From Squalus acanthias (lineage: Eukaryota): a DNA stretch of 64,000 nucleotides. Position numbers and translations under genes: made by a program. Each line of letters opens with the position of its first letter. Within the stretch, counting starts at the first letter, position 1. The DNA is taken from positions 169,138,001 through 169,202,000 of the forward strand of contig CM059425.1 of assembly GCA_030390025.1 (NCBI GenBank). Reading direction: 5' to 3'. Positions 51,358 to 64,000 of this stretch are shown piece after piece. Under the pieces are notes generated by a model that saw only the letters and a list, made by a program, of their open reading frames with translations, did no database searches and was not told the DNA's origin.

Positions 51358-52216
51358 ATGTTAACAATAATAATGATGAACAGGACCGAATCTGGTGTAC
51401 AAGGAGAAGGAAATGGAAGAGAACTTAGAAAAGGACGTGCTAGAAGTTGTCCAACACCTGACAATAAAATAAAACTTAAGAAAAGACGAACTAGTACTGC
51501 AATTACAACTGCCAATTCAACTCTACAATGTAAGGAAGCACAACAGAAGGTTGAGGTGGAAATGAATAAAGAGATCCAGGTAATATGACAGTGACCACAA
51601 AAGATGGACTAATATATGATTGTGTGTAGCAGAAGCAATAAATGTTTTTATAAAAGCTAACAAAGGAATACTGTTGGCATTCTCACACATTGTTTACAAT
51701 TCTTTGCAGACCTTGGCTTCCCAACTTAGCCGTTCAAAGCTTGAAGGCATTTTTGTGCGGTTGGCAAAGAGGAATCCAGGATTAATCATAGACCTCCTGC
51801 AAGATGCTCCATCAGACTATTCCCCCTATGGGTCTTTCACAGAAATCCCCAGCTGGTGTGTTTGTGGCCTTTGTAGGGAGATGCCGACCGACATAGAGAA
51901 AGTCTGCTGCGGGAAGACAGAGCAACATTGCATAAGTACAAGCTGCGCTATGGCAAACTTGTGTTTGAATGAAGCAGTGTTGCATCTAATGCTGATTTAT
52001 CGTAATGAGTTGTTTGGCCTGCATTCACTCCCCGCTGAAAACTACAATCGTGAACTGAGACATGCAGCATACAGGCAGTACATCATGTGGCAGCATGGGC
52101 GTTTGGGAGCCAGTAACAAACGTATCATTCCCAGCTGCTGTGTGTGGACAATCAGAACTACTTTTCCTGACCCTGATGGTGAATATTCTGGGTTTCAACC
52201 ATCCCGGCTATCCTAA
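51358..52216 (+). CDS. Stand-alone P2X7 C-terminal ballast-domain protein (nanor-like); exons 51358-51579 and 51710-52216, 242 aa
   Basis: CAG|GTaata...tctttgcAG|ACC phase-0 130-nt intron; WCVCGLC, CC, C, LRHAAYRQY, IPSCCVWTIR, FP..DGEYSGF align with human P2X7 WCQCGSC, LRHCAYRCY, LPSCCRWRIRKEFP..EGQYSGF; no stops; AATAAA near 52434. Confidence 0.88.
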
Positions 52217-53499
52217 GTTGCCTTTTTCTTTAAAAGAAAACTCTGCTGCAATAGCTGATGTTGTTTTTGTAATATAATCTTGAAATTATTGCAGAATTAT
52301 GGAAAGATGGGAGTGAGTAATTAGGCGCTAGCTTACTGGGGGTGGGGGGGGGGGGGGGGTGGTAGATGGCATTAAATAACAGCCATACTCACTTTCTATC
52401 AATTATCATTTTGTGGCACATACAGCAATATCAATAAAAGGAAAACCATGCTGACTTAAACGGAGTTTTGAAATGACACTGACTCAAAAGGTATTAGATG
52501 TGGTAAAGGAATTATTTGTAGTTCTAAAGCAGAATTCTAAGTGAGTCTAATACATATATAGTTTTTGATTGTATTAGTTTTTCTACTTTAATAGATATCT
52601 GAAAAAATTAAGACTATAAAATTTTAATATATTGAAAGCAAACAGCTCCCCACAGTGCTAAATGTAACTTTATAAATCACTGAAATACTGGAGAATATAA
52701 GAATGGTGCTTTTATATCACAAATGATGACATTTTCTTAGTAAAGTGGATGTAGAATAACAGACAGGTTGACCTGTGTAACATAGCAGTCATCTAGCAAG
52801 AGACTTTGGTGATGTTATCAACTTCTCATTTCTCAATCATATCAATGCCAAGAAGCATTACATCCTTGAAACACAATCCAACTTGTATAATTCTGCCTAG
52901 TATTGTCACTGTGGGGGATAGTTTTATAATTTTTTCAATACCTTTTTTATTTTCTTTTATAGTGGACAGCAGGCTCCCATGATTGAATCACATGATTTGA
53001 TCTGGAGAGTTACTCTACCACTTGACTTGTTTTACTGAATGATTTGAAATACATTGATGTTGAGTTTCACTGCATTTTTTCCTGGGAATATTACACCACA
53101 TTGTACAGAGGAATGGTATAACCTGCATATATTATACAGAGGATGAGATAAATAACAAACAAGTAACTTAATTGAGTGGATTACAAAGCACTGTAAATTA
53201 TGAGAAAGTGTGTTGTGAACTATTTTCTTTTAGATTATTTGCTTTGTAATCACTTCATCCTAGTTATTTTTACAACATATATTGCAGATTATGAAGTGGG
53301 TTTTGTTTTATTTTCATCAATCATTTACAATCAACAAAGCAGTAGAAAATATCCTCAATTTGAACTCAGGCCTCAGGATCTCTCAAAGAGCAAATCGCTC
53401 CTAATTGGTTTCAGGATGTTCCAGTAATTCGACCTTGTGGCAGTGAAGGTACCGCTCAGATTATACCAGGCTACTCTTGAGCAGCAGAAAAATACATCA

Positions 53500-53645
53500 G
53501 GGTACAAATTCACCTTGGGCGTTAGTGTAGAATGTGCAACAACGAATCAGCTGCCCGATTTTCTTGTTCATTGACTTCAATGGAAAAGGGAGTGTAAAAC
53601 AAGCTGCCAATTCGCTATTGCTTATTTTGCGCTACCACCCAAGGC
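53500..53645. mobile_element. Old palindromic MITE-like element
   Basis: Hairpin centred on cattgacttcaatg; related to 13530-13700. Confidence 0.5.
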
Positions 53646-54171
53646 ACTACCACTCTCTTTTGTATTACAAGGTTATAAGGCTCTAGCCCTATAAATCCAC
53701 TATTAGATAAAGTAAACACTTAAAAAAAACACAATTTCACTGAATGTTTTACATCCTTGACCAAATAAAGCTGAGAGGGGTGAAGTTGTAAGAATAACAA
53801 AAAGGCAAGAATATGGCTAGATGAGGCATTCTGAAGAGACTGAACAATACGTAGATGATTATGCCTGGATTATACAAAGATTTTCACACTGAATTTTATT
53901 TGGTTATTTTTTGCACAGTGGGCTTAACATAGAGCAGTTGAGTTTGATTTGATTGCTCTGGCCAGGATTTTAACTGCCTGGAAACCGTGCTGGAAAGTTA
54001 ATTTTCCGGCCACCAGTGACAGAATGAGCTACAACACTGGCATCTACCCGACAATGTAGAAAATTGCCCAGGTATGTCCTGTCCACAAAAAGCAGGACAA
54101 ATCCAATCCGGCCAATTACTGCCCCATCACTCTACTCTCAATCATCAGCAAAGTGATGGAAGGTGTCGTCA

Positions 54172-54972
54172 AGGTTATTCACTTTAGTAGGAAGAATAGA
54201 AAAACAAAATATTTTTTAAATAGTGAGAAACTATTCAATGTTTGTGTTCAGAGAGATTTAGGTGCCCTCGTACAGGAAACACAGAAAGTTAGCATACAGG
54301 TACAGCAAGCAATTAGGAAGGCAAATGGCATGTTGGCCTTTATTGCAAGGGAGTTGGAGTACAAGAGTAAGGAAGTCTTGCTACAATTGTACAGGGCCTT
54401 GGTGAGACTACACCTGGAGTACTGTGCACAGTTTTGGTCTCCTTATCTGAGGAAGGATATACTTGCCTTAGAGGCAGTGCAACGAAGGTTCACTAGATTG
54501 ATTCCTGGGATGAGAGGCTTGTCCTGTGAGGAGAGATTAAGTAGATTGGGCCTATACTCTCTGGAGTTTAGAAGAATGAGAGGTGATCTCATTGAAGCAT
54601 ATAAGATTCTGAGGGGCATTGACAGGATAGATGCTGAGAGGTTGTTTCCCCTGGCTGGAGTGTCTAGAACTAGGGGGCATAGTCTCAGGATAAGAGGTAG
54701 GCCATTTAAGACTGAGATGAGGAGGAATTTCTTCACTCAGAGAGTTGTGAATCTTTGGAATTCTCTACCCCAAAGGTCTGTGGATGCTAAATTGTTGAGT
54801 ATATTCAAGGCTGAGATCGATAGATTTTTGGACTCTAGGGGAATCAAGGGATATGGAGATCGGGTGGGAAAGTGGAGTTGAGGTCGAAGATCAGCCATGA
54901 TCTTATTGAATGGTGGAGCAGGCTCGAGGGGGCGTATGGCCTACTCCTACTCCTAATTCTTATGTTCTTATG
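54172..54972 (+). mobile_element. CR1 3' fragment, preceded by a short piece of another CR1 family (about 54030-54170)
   Basis: KVIHF..QRDLG..KANGMLAFI..HLEYC..RTRGH; (ttcttatg)n tail. Confidence 0.92.
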
Positions 54973-56639
54973 TAGCATGTCTACGGGCCAGAAAATGATG
55001 CAGCTTCCTCCCACGCCTCCTTTTACATTGATTAACAAGGCTCCCACCTGCTTCAGATGGAGTTCTTTGCACTTGCAAAATTATTTTCCCACCCCCTCCC
55101 CCACCCACACCCCAGAATATTCGGTGGCACTGGGGAACTGGTGCTAAGTGGGTGGGACAAAATCCCTCTCTTCTGAGTACCTCTGAGGCCACTGCTGCAG
55201 CTAGACTGCTTTTAAAGCCATATAGCATGCAGGAAGGTAAAGATATGACTCCAACAGGAACAAGCTCAGGGAGTGACATAAGTATTCTTCTTATGTGGCA
55301 CAGGTCGTGAGTGGCAACTCCCTAACCCTCGGGATATTTCTCCAATGCAGAACGAGGTTTAATGACCCCATAAGATCAGCAAAGTTAAGTGTCATGCCTG
55401 CCTGCAACCTTTAATGTATAATTTGTACATTTCAGACAGTAGACCTATATTTACCCTAAAAGTACATTCACAAATTGATGGGCATCATCCTCTGAAAACA
55501 AACCACAGTTCCCTCACCATCGGTTGCGGTTCGAAGTGTATAGCCCGGCTTGCTTCATTCACGCCGGCAGTGGAGGGGCAGGGATTTATATGTGTGGGCC
55601 TTTTTATGAGCTGCCACAAGATTCACCGGCTCTGCTTCCACATGGCACCTAATGGGTAATAGCGGGGGTAGGGGGGCGTGCAGTGCCGAGAGGTCCCACC
55701 CTCCTGAAACCGGCTCCCGCAGTGTGAAGGCACCTTAAGGGCAATCCTTGAGCAGGACACTGCTTTGGGGGCTGAAAAAACGTTCGTAACAGAACCAGCC
55801 CCTGGAATCTCCCTCTAGGTAAATATTGAACCATGGAACCTCAACTATTATAGTTAATTCAGTATCTCAATCTGTTGAAATGAAAGGCATCAAAAGGCGT
55901 CAAGGGGTATGGGGAGAGAGCGGGTATATGGTATTGAGATAGAGGATCAGCCATGATCATATTGAATGGCAGAGTAGGCTCGAAGGGCCGAATGGCCTAC
56001 TCCTGCTCCTATTTTTCCATGTTTCTATGTTTCTACTAAATGAACTGTACTGACACCTGCGCCTGGAAGACTTAGATTAAAAGGAGACAACATCCTGCAA
56101 TGCATTTATGTCCATTGAAGCCTCACTATTTCACTATTTCTGTGGGAATTCTATAAGAAATGAGAATTCTCAAGTAGTTGTCTGTGACTGACAATAACAA
56201 GTGTTCTTTTGTCATGCAAGAAATATTGAGCCTGAGAAGGACAGGCTGTGGAGGAGGGACAGCAAGGGGAAGATGTAATGCAATCCTGCAAATTCACTCA
56301 CTTAATGCTGTAAGAAATGGAGATGTGGAAGAGCCAGCACCCACTGGTGATTTATGCTGACCAAGTGCTAATGGTGAAAGATCAGTAATGGTTTCCCCTT
56401 TTTTGAGGCCAATACTCGGAGGGACCCTTACATGAGCCTAACAGGAAGGGAAAGGTAGACAGCAGGAAACTCACTGCAGTTTTCATTCTTCCTATCTCCA
56501 TAGAAGTTTGACTAATGTGGCAAATCTCATTAGTGGTGGTTTGAAAATATCTGATGGTGTAAAAAGTTCAATTATCTGGTCACTTTCACTGCAATGGGCA
56601 GGGCTGTCCCTATGCTAGATTTTGTCTGCAGGTCTAGAT

Positions 56640-57170
56640 CCTGGCTCAGTGATAGCAATCTTGCCTCCGACTCAAGCCTCACTCCAAACACTTGAGCACA
56701 TAATCTAGGCTGGCACTTTAGTACATTACTGAGGGAGTGCTGCACTGTTGATGGTGCTATCTTTCAATACCAAGGCCCCATCTGCCCTCTCAGATTGATC
56801 TAAAAGATCCTGTGATATTATTTGAAGAAGAGCAGGGGTGTTCTCCTGATATTCTGGCTAACATTCATTAGTCAACGAACACCAATAAAACAGATCATCT
56901 GATCATTTATCTCATTGCTCTACAAATTGGCTACCGCATTTCCTACAGTACAACAGTGACTACAATTCAAAAGTACTTAATTGACTGTGAAGCACTTTGG
57001 GATAACAACAGAAAACGCTGGAAAAACTCAGCAGGCCAGGCAACATCCGTGGAGAGAGAAACAGAGTTAACGTTTCAGGTCGAAACCCTTCGTCAGATGT
57101 TCTGAGATGTTCTGAGGTTGTGAACTTTGGGATGTTCTGAGGTTGTGAAATAAGTGCAAGTTTTTTCTTT
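56640..57170 (+). mobile_element. Deu-domain (SacSINE1-like) SINE with L2-type tail, interrupted by a Penelope terminus (about 57005-57097)
   Basis: tRNA-like head ggctcagtgatagc; aaaagatcc..tttgaagaagagcagggg..aaaacagat; acaacagtgactaca..aaagtactt. Confidence 0.7.
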
Positions 57171-57256
57171 CTATTTGATTTAAATGCCCTAAGAATCTAT
57201 CTGGTATGTACCAAGTAACTCACGGGAGATCATTCTTTCAGTATAGAAAGACAATT

Positions 57257-59159
57257 GGGGGAAATTTTTACTGCAAAGAGCAACTGGGTAGTTGGGAGGC
57301 CCCCATCTCTCCATCTCCGATAGCCAGGCACGCCGACACTTGGCTTATCTCCAGAGCATCCTCCTCTGCAGCTGTCAGTGTGGCGATGACTGGAGGGCCA
57401 CCTCTGGTTCTCTGCCTCTCCCTGGAGTTCTGTGCTCTCTTCTCCTGCAAGGAGGGAAACAAGAGACCTTTGAGTGAGAGCCATGGAATGAGTGGAATGG
57501 ATGGGCAACATCTGTTGGGGGTGACTATGAGGGAAAGGCGTGACATTGTATTAAGATGAGGGTGAGTGTCAGTGGTGGATGGTCAGATGGGGATGTGAGG
57601 AAGTGCATAGACAGAGAGGGATGGGTGCACCTGCAAGGTAGGTTGGTGTGAGGAATGATGTGCAGGATTAGGCTTGGGAAGGCAGAGTGAGGGGGTTGGC
57701 GTGACATGCACATCAGGATGTAGTTGAATGTGCCATTGTACTCACCTTTCCTGTCCTCAGAAGGTCATTAAACCGCTTCCGGCACTGTATCCAGGAGTGT
57801 GGCACCACACTCCTGTTGCTGACCTCCTCAGCGATCTCCAGCCATGCCTCTTGGTCTCTGAGGCAGGCTTCTTCCTCCCGTCAGCAGGGAATAGTATTTC
57901 CCTGTGGGCCTTTATACACTGCAGCATCAGGGCTATGGAGGCATCAGTGAATTGCGGCACAGCCTTGGCACGTTGCGAGTCCATTCTTGCTTCCTTATGA
58001 CTCTATGGGGGAGAAATTCGGTATCGTCCCGTTTGGGGCGCAATTATCGGCCGGGCGCAAAGTTTAGCGCCTGGCGCTAATTATCGCCTCCGACTGCAAA
58101 CTTGGCTTCTATCGCCCCTGGAGGTGATTGGGGCGCTAAATCAGGCGCTACACACCTCTCTTAAGGCACTACCGCCGAGGAGCGAGGCGCTACCTCAGAG
58201 CGCTGGCGAAGCTCATGTGATGTCAGTCAGCAATGGAACACAGACACACTGGCGCCGGCCAGTTCTTAAAGGGGAGGGTCGATTTTGCTCTCCATCCACA
58301 CCCTGCTCATTGCAGCCTTGAATCTCGGCCTGGAGAGCCCTGTACATCAAATCTGCTGGAAAGAACAATGGAGAGGCCCAGGGAAAGAGCTCAGAGTGCA
58401 GCCCCCATAGTCTCTTCTAAATCGATGCAAGGAAGGTGAAATCAAAATGAACCCTCAAAGTGCTGCTCAGTACCCAAAACTCCTTCACACAGCGTTGAAT
58501 CTCTCCAGAAGTCTCTCTCTCTCTCTCAGAATGCGTGGTGCAAAAATGTCGCCGACAAAAAAAGGCAGGAAACAGTCGCCTTTAAATAGCGCTCCCCCAG
58601 TCCCTTCCTGACTGCAAAACGTTCCCCTCAACCTGTCGTTGCTAGCGGCAGGCGGAAAGGCAGGGGGCGCCACTCAATGTCCGGTCCAGGGTGCTACACG
58701 CTTGACTGATGTCACGATCTGTGGGTGCAGGAGATCGTGGCGGTAGTGTTTAGTGCCGCCGCAAAATGGCTGGTCAATTTCGCGAGCGGCGCAAACATCG
58801 CTGCACCCGGGCGCTAGTTGCTTTGCGACCCATTAGCTCCCTCTTAGGGCGCTAACAGGAGGCACAAAGCAACCGAATGTTTCCCCCTATGACTCCTCTG
58901 TTTCCCCCACCTCTACAATCCTTCAACTGTCATCTTTGCAGTGTTCCTTTAAATACCTCAGCTGAAATAGACTCATGCGTGTCATCATCACGCCCGCTCA
59001 CTCTAATTGGTCGGGAAACCTGGAAGTCAGATGGAAATGTAGTGGCTGGGTTAAAAAGCCACTGACAGATGTGCTGCAGCTACTTCCTGGTTTCCCGCGC
59101 GCTACCAGACCCCCCGCCCCCACCAGCTTCCAACGCGTCTCCAGGTAAAAATTCCGGCC
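57257..59159 (-). mobile_element. Deleted Harbinger with Myb/SANT-like pseudogene (exons about 57984-57746 and 57447-57290)
   Basis: Imperfect TIRs ggccggaatttttac / gggggaaatttttac; MDSQRAKAVPQFTDAS..EILFPADGRKKP and EKRAQNSRERQRTRGGPP; frameshift. Confidence 0.8.
58007..58887. mobile_element. Harbinger-type MITE nested in the Harbinger 5' region
   Basis: TIRs gggggagaaattcgg / ccgaatgtttccccc; TSD TAT on both sides. Confidence 0.82.
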
Positions 59160-60488
59160 ATAAGTCAAAGTTTGTTAGAAATGTTTTCACAAACATTAAA
59201 ACCAAGGCGAGCACTTTTAACCTTGTCACCTTTCTAATTTGAAAAATGCATTTAGTTTCTGTGTTGAGTGCATTAAATTTAATTCATAAATGATGATGTT
59301 AATCCAGTCCATTTATATTTATAAAAAGATAAACCTTGGAACATCAACTACTTCTAGTTTTCCTGCACATCCTCCAATAACTAATGCTTTCCATAAATAG
59401 TATTTGATCATCATTTATTCAGTGACTTGTTTCTATGATTTAGCGAGATGATGTAAAGAAAATAAGCTATTTTTTGTTTACATAATGTGCCCATCCATTT
59501 TAATAGCTAGCTTTCAGAATTGTTGGCAAATATGAGTAAATTTCCCCAATCCCATTAACCTACCAGCACATAAAGTATATTTTGCTATCACATCATGTAA
59601 TCCAATTAACTATCCCGAATCCCGAAACAATCACAACATTTAAGAAGGAATTAGATAGGCACTTGAAGAAGAAAAATATTAAATGCTATTGGGAAAGAGC
59701 ATGGAAATGGGATTAGAGTGGAATCTCTGTTGTGCAGCTAGACCTGGCACATCACGATGGGTTAAATATTTAACCTCTCTCTGTGCTGAAACTTGTATGA
59801 TAATCAATGTGTTTCTTTGCGATTTATGCAACTACAAACTCACAATCTTTTATGTATTGAGATAATTTAGGTTAAGAGCCAAGGCTCAGTTTAGATTTCC
59901 TGTAGAAAAGTAAATCTATAGCTTGGCACAGGTTTGCATAACTCTACGTGCAACCTTGAACAGACAATTCCTACTTCCTCCGAAGGATTATTCCTTTTGA
60001 AGAGGTTTGTGAAGGACTCAGCTAAAAAAAAAAGGATTATCATTAGTCATTATTCTTTGAATCCTTATTACCAATACTTTTTTGCTACCTATGCCTTGAG
60101 TGTTCTTCCAATTCGATCTTAAAATTGTGTGCAATTTTACAGACACTTTATTCAGAAGCAAGAGAATTATTGTAACATGAAATGCTTTGCCACAGGTCGT
60201 AATTACAGCAGAGATCATTGACTTTTTTAAGGGAAAAATGGATAAAATATTTGGAACGGAGGAAGCTCAGGGGATTTGGGAAGAGAGCACAGCAGTGAAT
60301 TGCAGGTTAGAATTCCTCCAGCGAACAGCTGCGATAGACATGATGAGCTAACTGACGTCCTTCTGTGCTGTAAACCTCAATGGTTCTATCATTTTACGTT
60401 ATTTTTATTCATATTAGAAGTTTTGATTTATTATTCTGTCCGGGAAATTGATTTTATTTTGCTCTCTGAATTTTCTTCTAAATAAATT

Positions 60489-61130
60489 GGAGCAAATTTT
60501 CCTGTTACTGACCCCAATATTAATCTGAAGGCAGCTTCCTTGCGGAGGGCAGGGTGAGGGGGTTGGAATTGCGTAATGGAAACTCGGAAGTCAACTGAGC
60601 AGATCAGAATCTGCGATCCCAACTCAATTGTACCAATTAATTTTGACTTCCGGGTTTTGCGTCTCCAAGCTGTGCAGCAGGCGTGATGCGCACTCACACG
60701 ACGTGATCTCAGCTGTATTTAAAGGGACAGTCCACAAATGGAAATTGGAGATGTTCAGGATGGATGGTGCACATAGAGCAAGGGAAGCACCCAGATTTAA
60801 TGATGCCTCACTGGAATTACTGCTGGGTGCAGTCAGGAAAAGAAGGGACATACTTTTCCCCAGCAATGGGAGGAGGAAATCTGCGGCTCTCACCAAGACA
60901 GCGTGGTTGGAGGTAGCTGAGGAGGGGAGCAGCAGGAGCATTGTGCCAAGTCATGGGTGCAATGTAGAAAGTGGTTTAATGACCTAACCAGGTCAGGAGA
61001 AGTGAGTACATTTGCTGATTCAACTACATCCTGTGTTTTAAGCACTCCCCACCTTTCACTCTGTCTTGCTATCACATCACTCCTCACACCCATTCAACTT
61101 TCAACAGCATCCAGCCATCATTTTCTATGC
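60489..61130 (+). mobile_element. Harbinger left arm with Myb/SANT-like exon 1 (frameshifted), truncated by CR1
   Basis: REAPRFNDASLELLL..RRDILFP..AWLEVAEE / QCRKWFNDLTRSGE|gtgagt. Confidence 0.8.
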
Positions 61131-61134
61131 ACTG

Positions 61135-63268
61135 GACAGAATCTATTTGTTTAGAGTTGAGAAACAATAGAGGTGCCATTACACTACTAGGTGTATTCTA
61201 TAGGCTGCCAATTAGTGGGAATGATATAGAGGAGCAATTTCGCAGGGAATTTACAGAGAGGTGCAAGAACTATAGAGTAGTGATAATGGGGGAATTCAAC
61301 TATCCTAATATAGACTAGGATAGTAATAGCGTAAAGGGCAGAGAGGGGGAAGAATTTCTGAAGTGTGTCCAGGAGAACTTTCTTGATCAGTACGTTTCTG
61401 GCCCAACGAGACATTGCTGGATCTGGTCCTGGTGAATGAGATGGGTCAAGTGGAGCAAGTATTAGTCGGGGAACATTTAGGGAACAGTGATCACAATATC
61501 ATAAGGTTTAGATTAGCTATGGAAAAGGACAGGGAGCAATCTTGAGTAAAAATACTTAATTGAAGGAAAGCCAATTTCAGTGGGTTGAGAATGGATCTGG
61601 TCCTGGTAAATTGGAATCAAAGATTGGCAGGCAAAACTGTAATTGAACAATGGGCTGCCTTTAAAGAGGAGATGGTTTTGGTACAGTCGAGGTACATTCC
61701 TACGAGGGGGAAAGGTAAAGCAAACAAAGGTAGAGCTTCCTGGATGATGAAAGAGATAAAAAGTAAGATGAAGCAGAAAAAGGGGGCGTATGATAGATGT
61801 CAGATTGAGAATACAAATGAGAACCAGGCTGAATATAGAAGTTCAGAGGGGAAGTGAAGAAGGAAATAAGAGGGGCAAAGAGAGCATGAGAATAGTTTGG
61901 CAGCTAACATAAAAGGGAATCCAAAAGTCTTCTATGGGCATATAAATAGTAAATGGCTAGTAAGAGGAGAGGTGGGGCTGATTAGGGACCAAAAAGGAGA
62001 CCTACGTATGGAGGCAGAGGCCATGGCTGAGGTACTAACTGAATACTTTGCATCTGTCTTCACCAAAGAAGAAGATGCTGCCAAAGTCATCGTGAAAGAG
62101 AAGGCAATGGAAATACTGGATGAGATAAAAATTGATAAAGAGGAAGTACTAGACAGGCTGGCTATACTTAAAGTAGATAAGTCACCAGGACCATATGGGA
62201 TGCATCCTAGGATGCTGAGGAAAGTAAAGATGGAAATTGCGGAGGTACTGGCCATAATCTTCCAATCCTCCTTAGATATGGGGGGTGGTGCCAGAAGACT
62301 GGAAAATTGCAAATGTTATGCCCTTGATCAAAAAAGGGTGTAAGGATAAACCCAGCAACTACAGGCCAGTCAGTTTAACCTCGGTAGTGGGGAAGCATTT
62401 AGAAAAGATAATCTGGAACAAAATTAACAGTCACTTGGGCAAGTGTGGATTAATTAAGGAAAGCCAGCACGGATTTGTTAAAGGCAAATCATGTTTAACT
62501 AATTTATTCAGTTGTTTGATGAGGTAACAGAGAGGGTTGATGAGGGCAATGCGGTTGATGTGGTGTACATGGACTTCCAAAAGGCATTTGATAAAGTGCC
62601 ACATTATAGGCTTGCCAGCAAAGTTGAAGCCCATGGAATAAAAGGGACAGTGGCACCATGGATACGAAATTGGCTAAGTGACAGGAAACAGAGAGGTTTT
62701 TTAAAATTTGTTCATGGGATGTGGGCGTCGCTGGCAAGGCCAGCATTTATTGCCCATCACTAATTGCCCTTGAGAAGGTGGTGGTGAGCCGCCACCTTGA
62801 ACCGTTGCGGTCTGTGTGGTGAAGGTACTCCCACAGTACTGTTAGGTAGGGAGTTCCAGGATTTTGACCCAGCGACGATGAAGGATCGGCGATATACTTC
62901 TAAGTCAGGATGGTGTGTGACTTGGAGGGGAACTTGGAGGTGGTGGTGTTCTCATGCGCTTGTTGCCATTGTTTTTCTAGGTGGAAGAAGTCGTGGGTTT
63001 GGGAGGTGCTGCTGAAGAAGCCTTGGCGAGTTGCTGCAATGCATCTTGTAGATGGTACACACTGCAGCCACGGTATGCCGGTGGTGGAGGGAGTGAATGT
63101 TTAAGGTGGTGGATGGGATGTCAATCAAGTGGGCTGCTTTGTCCTGGATGGTGTCGACTCTGTAGACGCTGGTTAGAGTAGTGGTGAACAGTTGTTTATC
63201 GGACTGGAGGAAGGTACACAGTGGTGTTCCCCAGGGGTCGGTACTAGGACCACTGCTTTTCTTGATAT
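61135..63268 (+). mobile_element. CR1 ORF2 fragment (APE-RT), interrupted by an opposite-strand LINE 3' fragment (about 62697-63160)
   Basis: [50 protein letters not shown]. Confidence 0.88.
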
Positions 63269-64000
63269 TGTAAGGGGTTTTCTCTGATACAGGTCCCCCG
63301 TTACACACAGTTCTTGCATGTCAGGATTTATCAGAACAAAATACACACGCACAGGGTTTTGGCTCAACCTTCGATTCTTTCGTTTATTGGACACACACAC
63401 ACAATTACTTCCCCAGTATAAATCCCTACGATTTATATCAGGCTAACAACCCCAAATTACAAACCCCTATGCAAGGGTCATTTGCATCGACACAATATGA
63501 CACAGTTAAACCCGTCCGCGATTTGACTGTTATATATAAAGTTACCCAGACTCAATCACAAAACCCTTATTGTGATCTGACTGAAACTCACAAACTTACT
63601 CGGACTCAATCACAAAAGCCCCCTCTATGATTTGGCTGAAACATACAATCACCACTCCTGATCGGCTGTCTCTTGGAGTTGATTGTAGGCCCGAATCTTT
63701 CTGTTCGTTGTTCTGCTGTCGGCTTCCCCCCACTGTCTTCAAAGTGAACTTACTTTAAACCAAAACCAACTTGCAGTATTTCCTGGCCCCCTCCTGAGCA
63801 TACGATTCATTCGTATACAAAAGGTTCGAGGCCCAGCCCATTGTCTAGGCCTGCACTGATACTTGTTATTCGGGGGCCATGGTCTAAGGTGGGCAATGTA
63901 ACCCCTTAAGGTACATGAATATGCGGATGTTCTTGTTCAGATTTTATATTCGTAGTTTCGGCTGCAATGTTTGAATTAACCCTATATTGCCGAGTCCTTT
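63269..64000 (-). mobile_element. Probable LTR inserted in CR1 (runs off right edge)
   Basis: CR1 stops abruptly at TGTAAGGGG; TTTATT (minus-strand polyA signal) near 63384; short internal direct repeats. Confidence 0.55.

Noticed and set aside
51620..51709. N-terminus of the ORF-track 198-aa protein (MCVAEAIN...)
   Set aside because: Starts at TTG and lies within the predicted 130-nt intron
51358..52216. Calling this P2RX7
   Set aside because: No transmembrane or ectodomain exons; the exon upstream of the ballast is unrelated to P2X channels
46365..64000. CIB exon 3 candidates after AG sites near 49368, 50534, 55435 and 56631
   Set aside because: Early stops or no similarity to CIB; exon 3 is probably beyond the window or was missed

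Overview
Eukaryotic, repeat-saturated vertebrate DNA, very probably from a cartilaginous fish (HE1/V-SINE-like and Deu-domain SINEs, many CR1 and L2 LINEs, Penelope elements, Harbinger elements and MITEs). Three host-type genes can be assembled by hand from GT-AG sites. (1) The 5' part of a large minus-strand gene: six phase-consistent coding exons (about 1128 codons), including a 2742-nt exon and a PDZ domain split over two exons; it runs off the left edge. (2) A divergent plus-strand calcium- and integrin-binding (CIB1/CIB4-like) gene, of which only exons 1-2 were found. (3) An intact two-exon gene (51358-52216), apparently nested in CIB intron 2, encoding a soluble 242-aa protein that is essentially only the P2X7 cytoplasmic Zn/GDP-binding 'ballast' domain (nanor/KolobokP-accessory-like) behind a basic N-terminus. 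This third gene is the most interesting element. The rest is layered transposon insertion, several with readable TIRs and TSDs. All calls are by eye with no database searches; repeat boundaries without a stated TSD or TIR are approximate.
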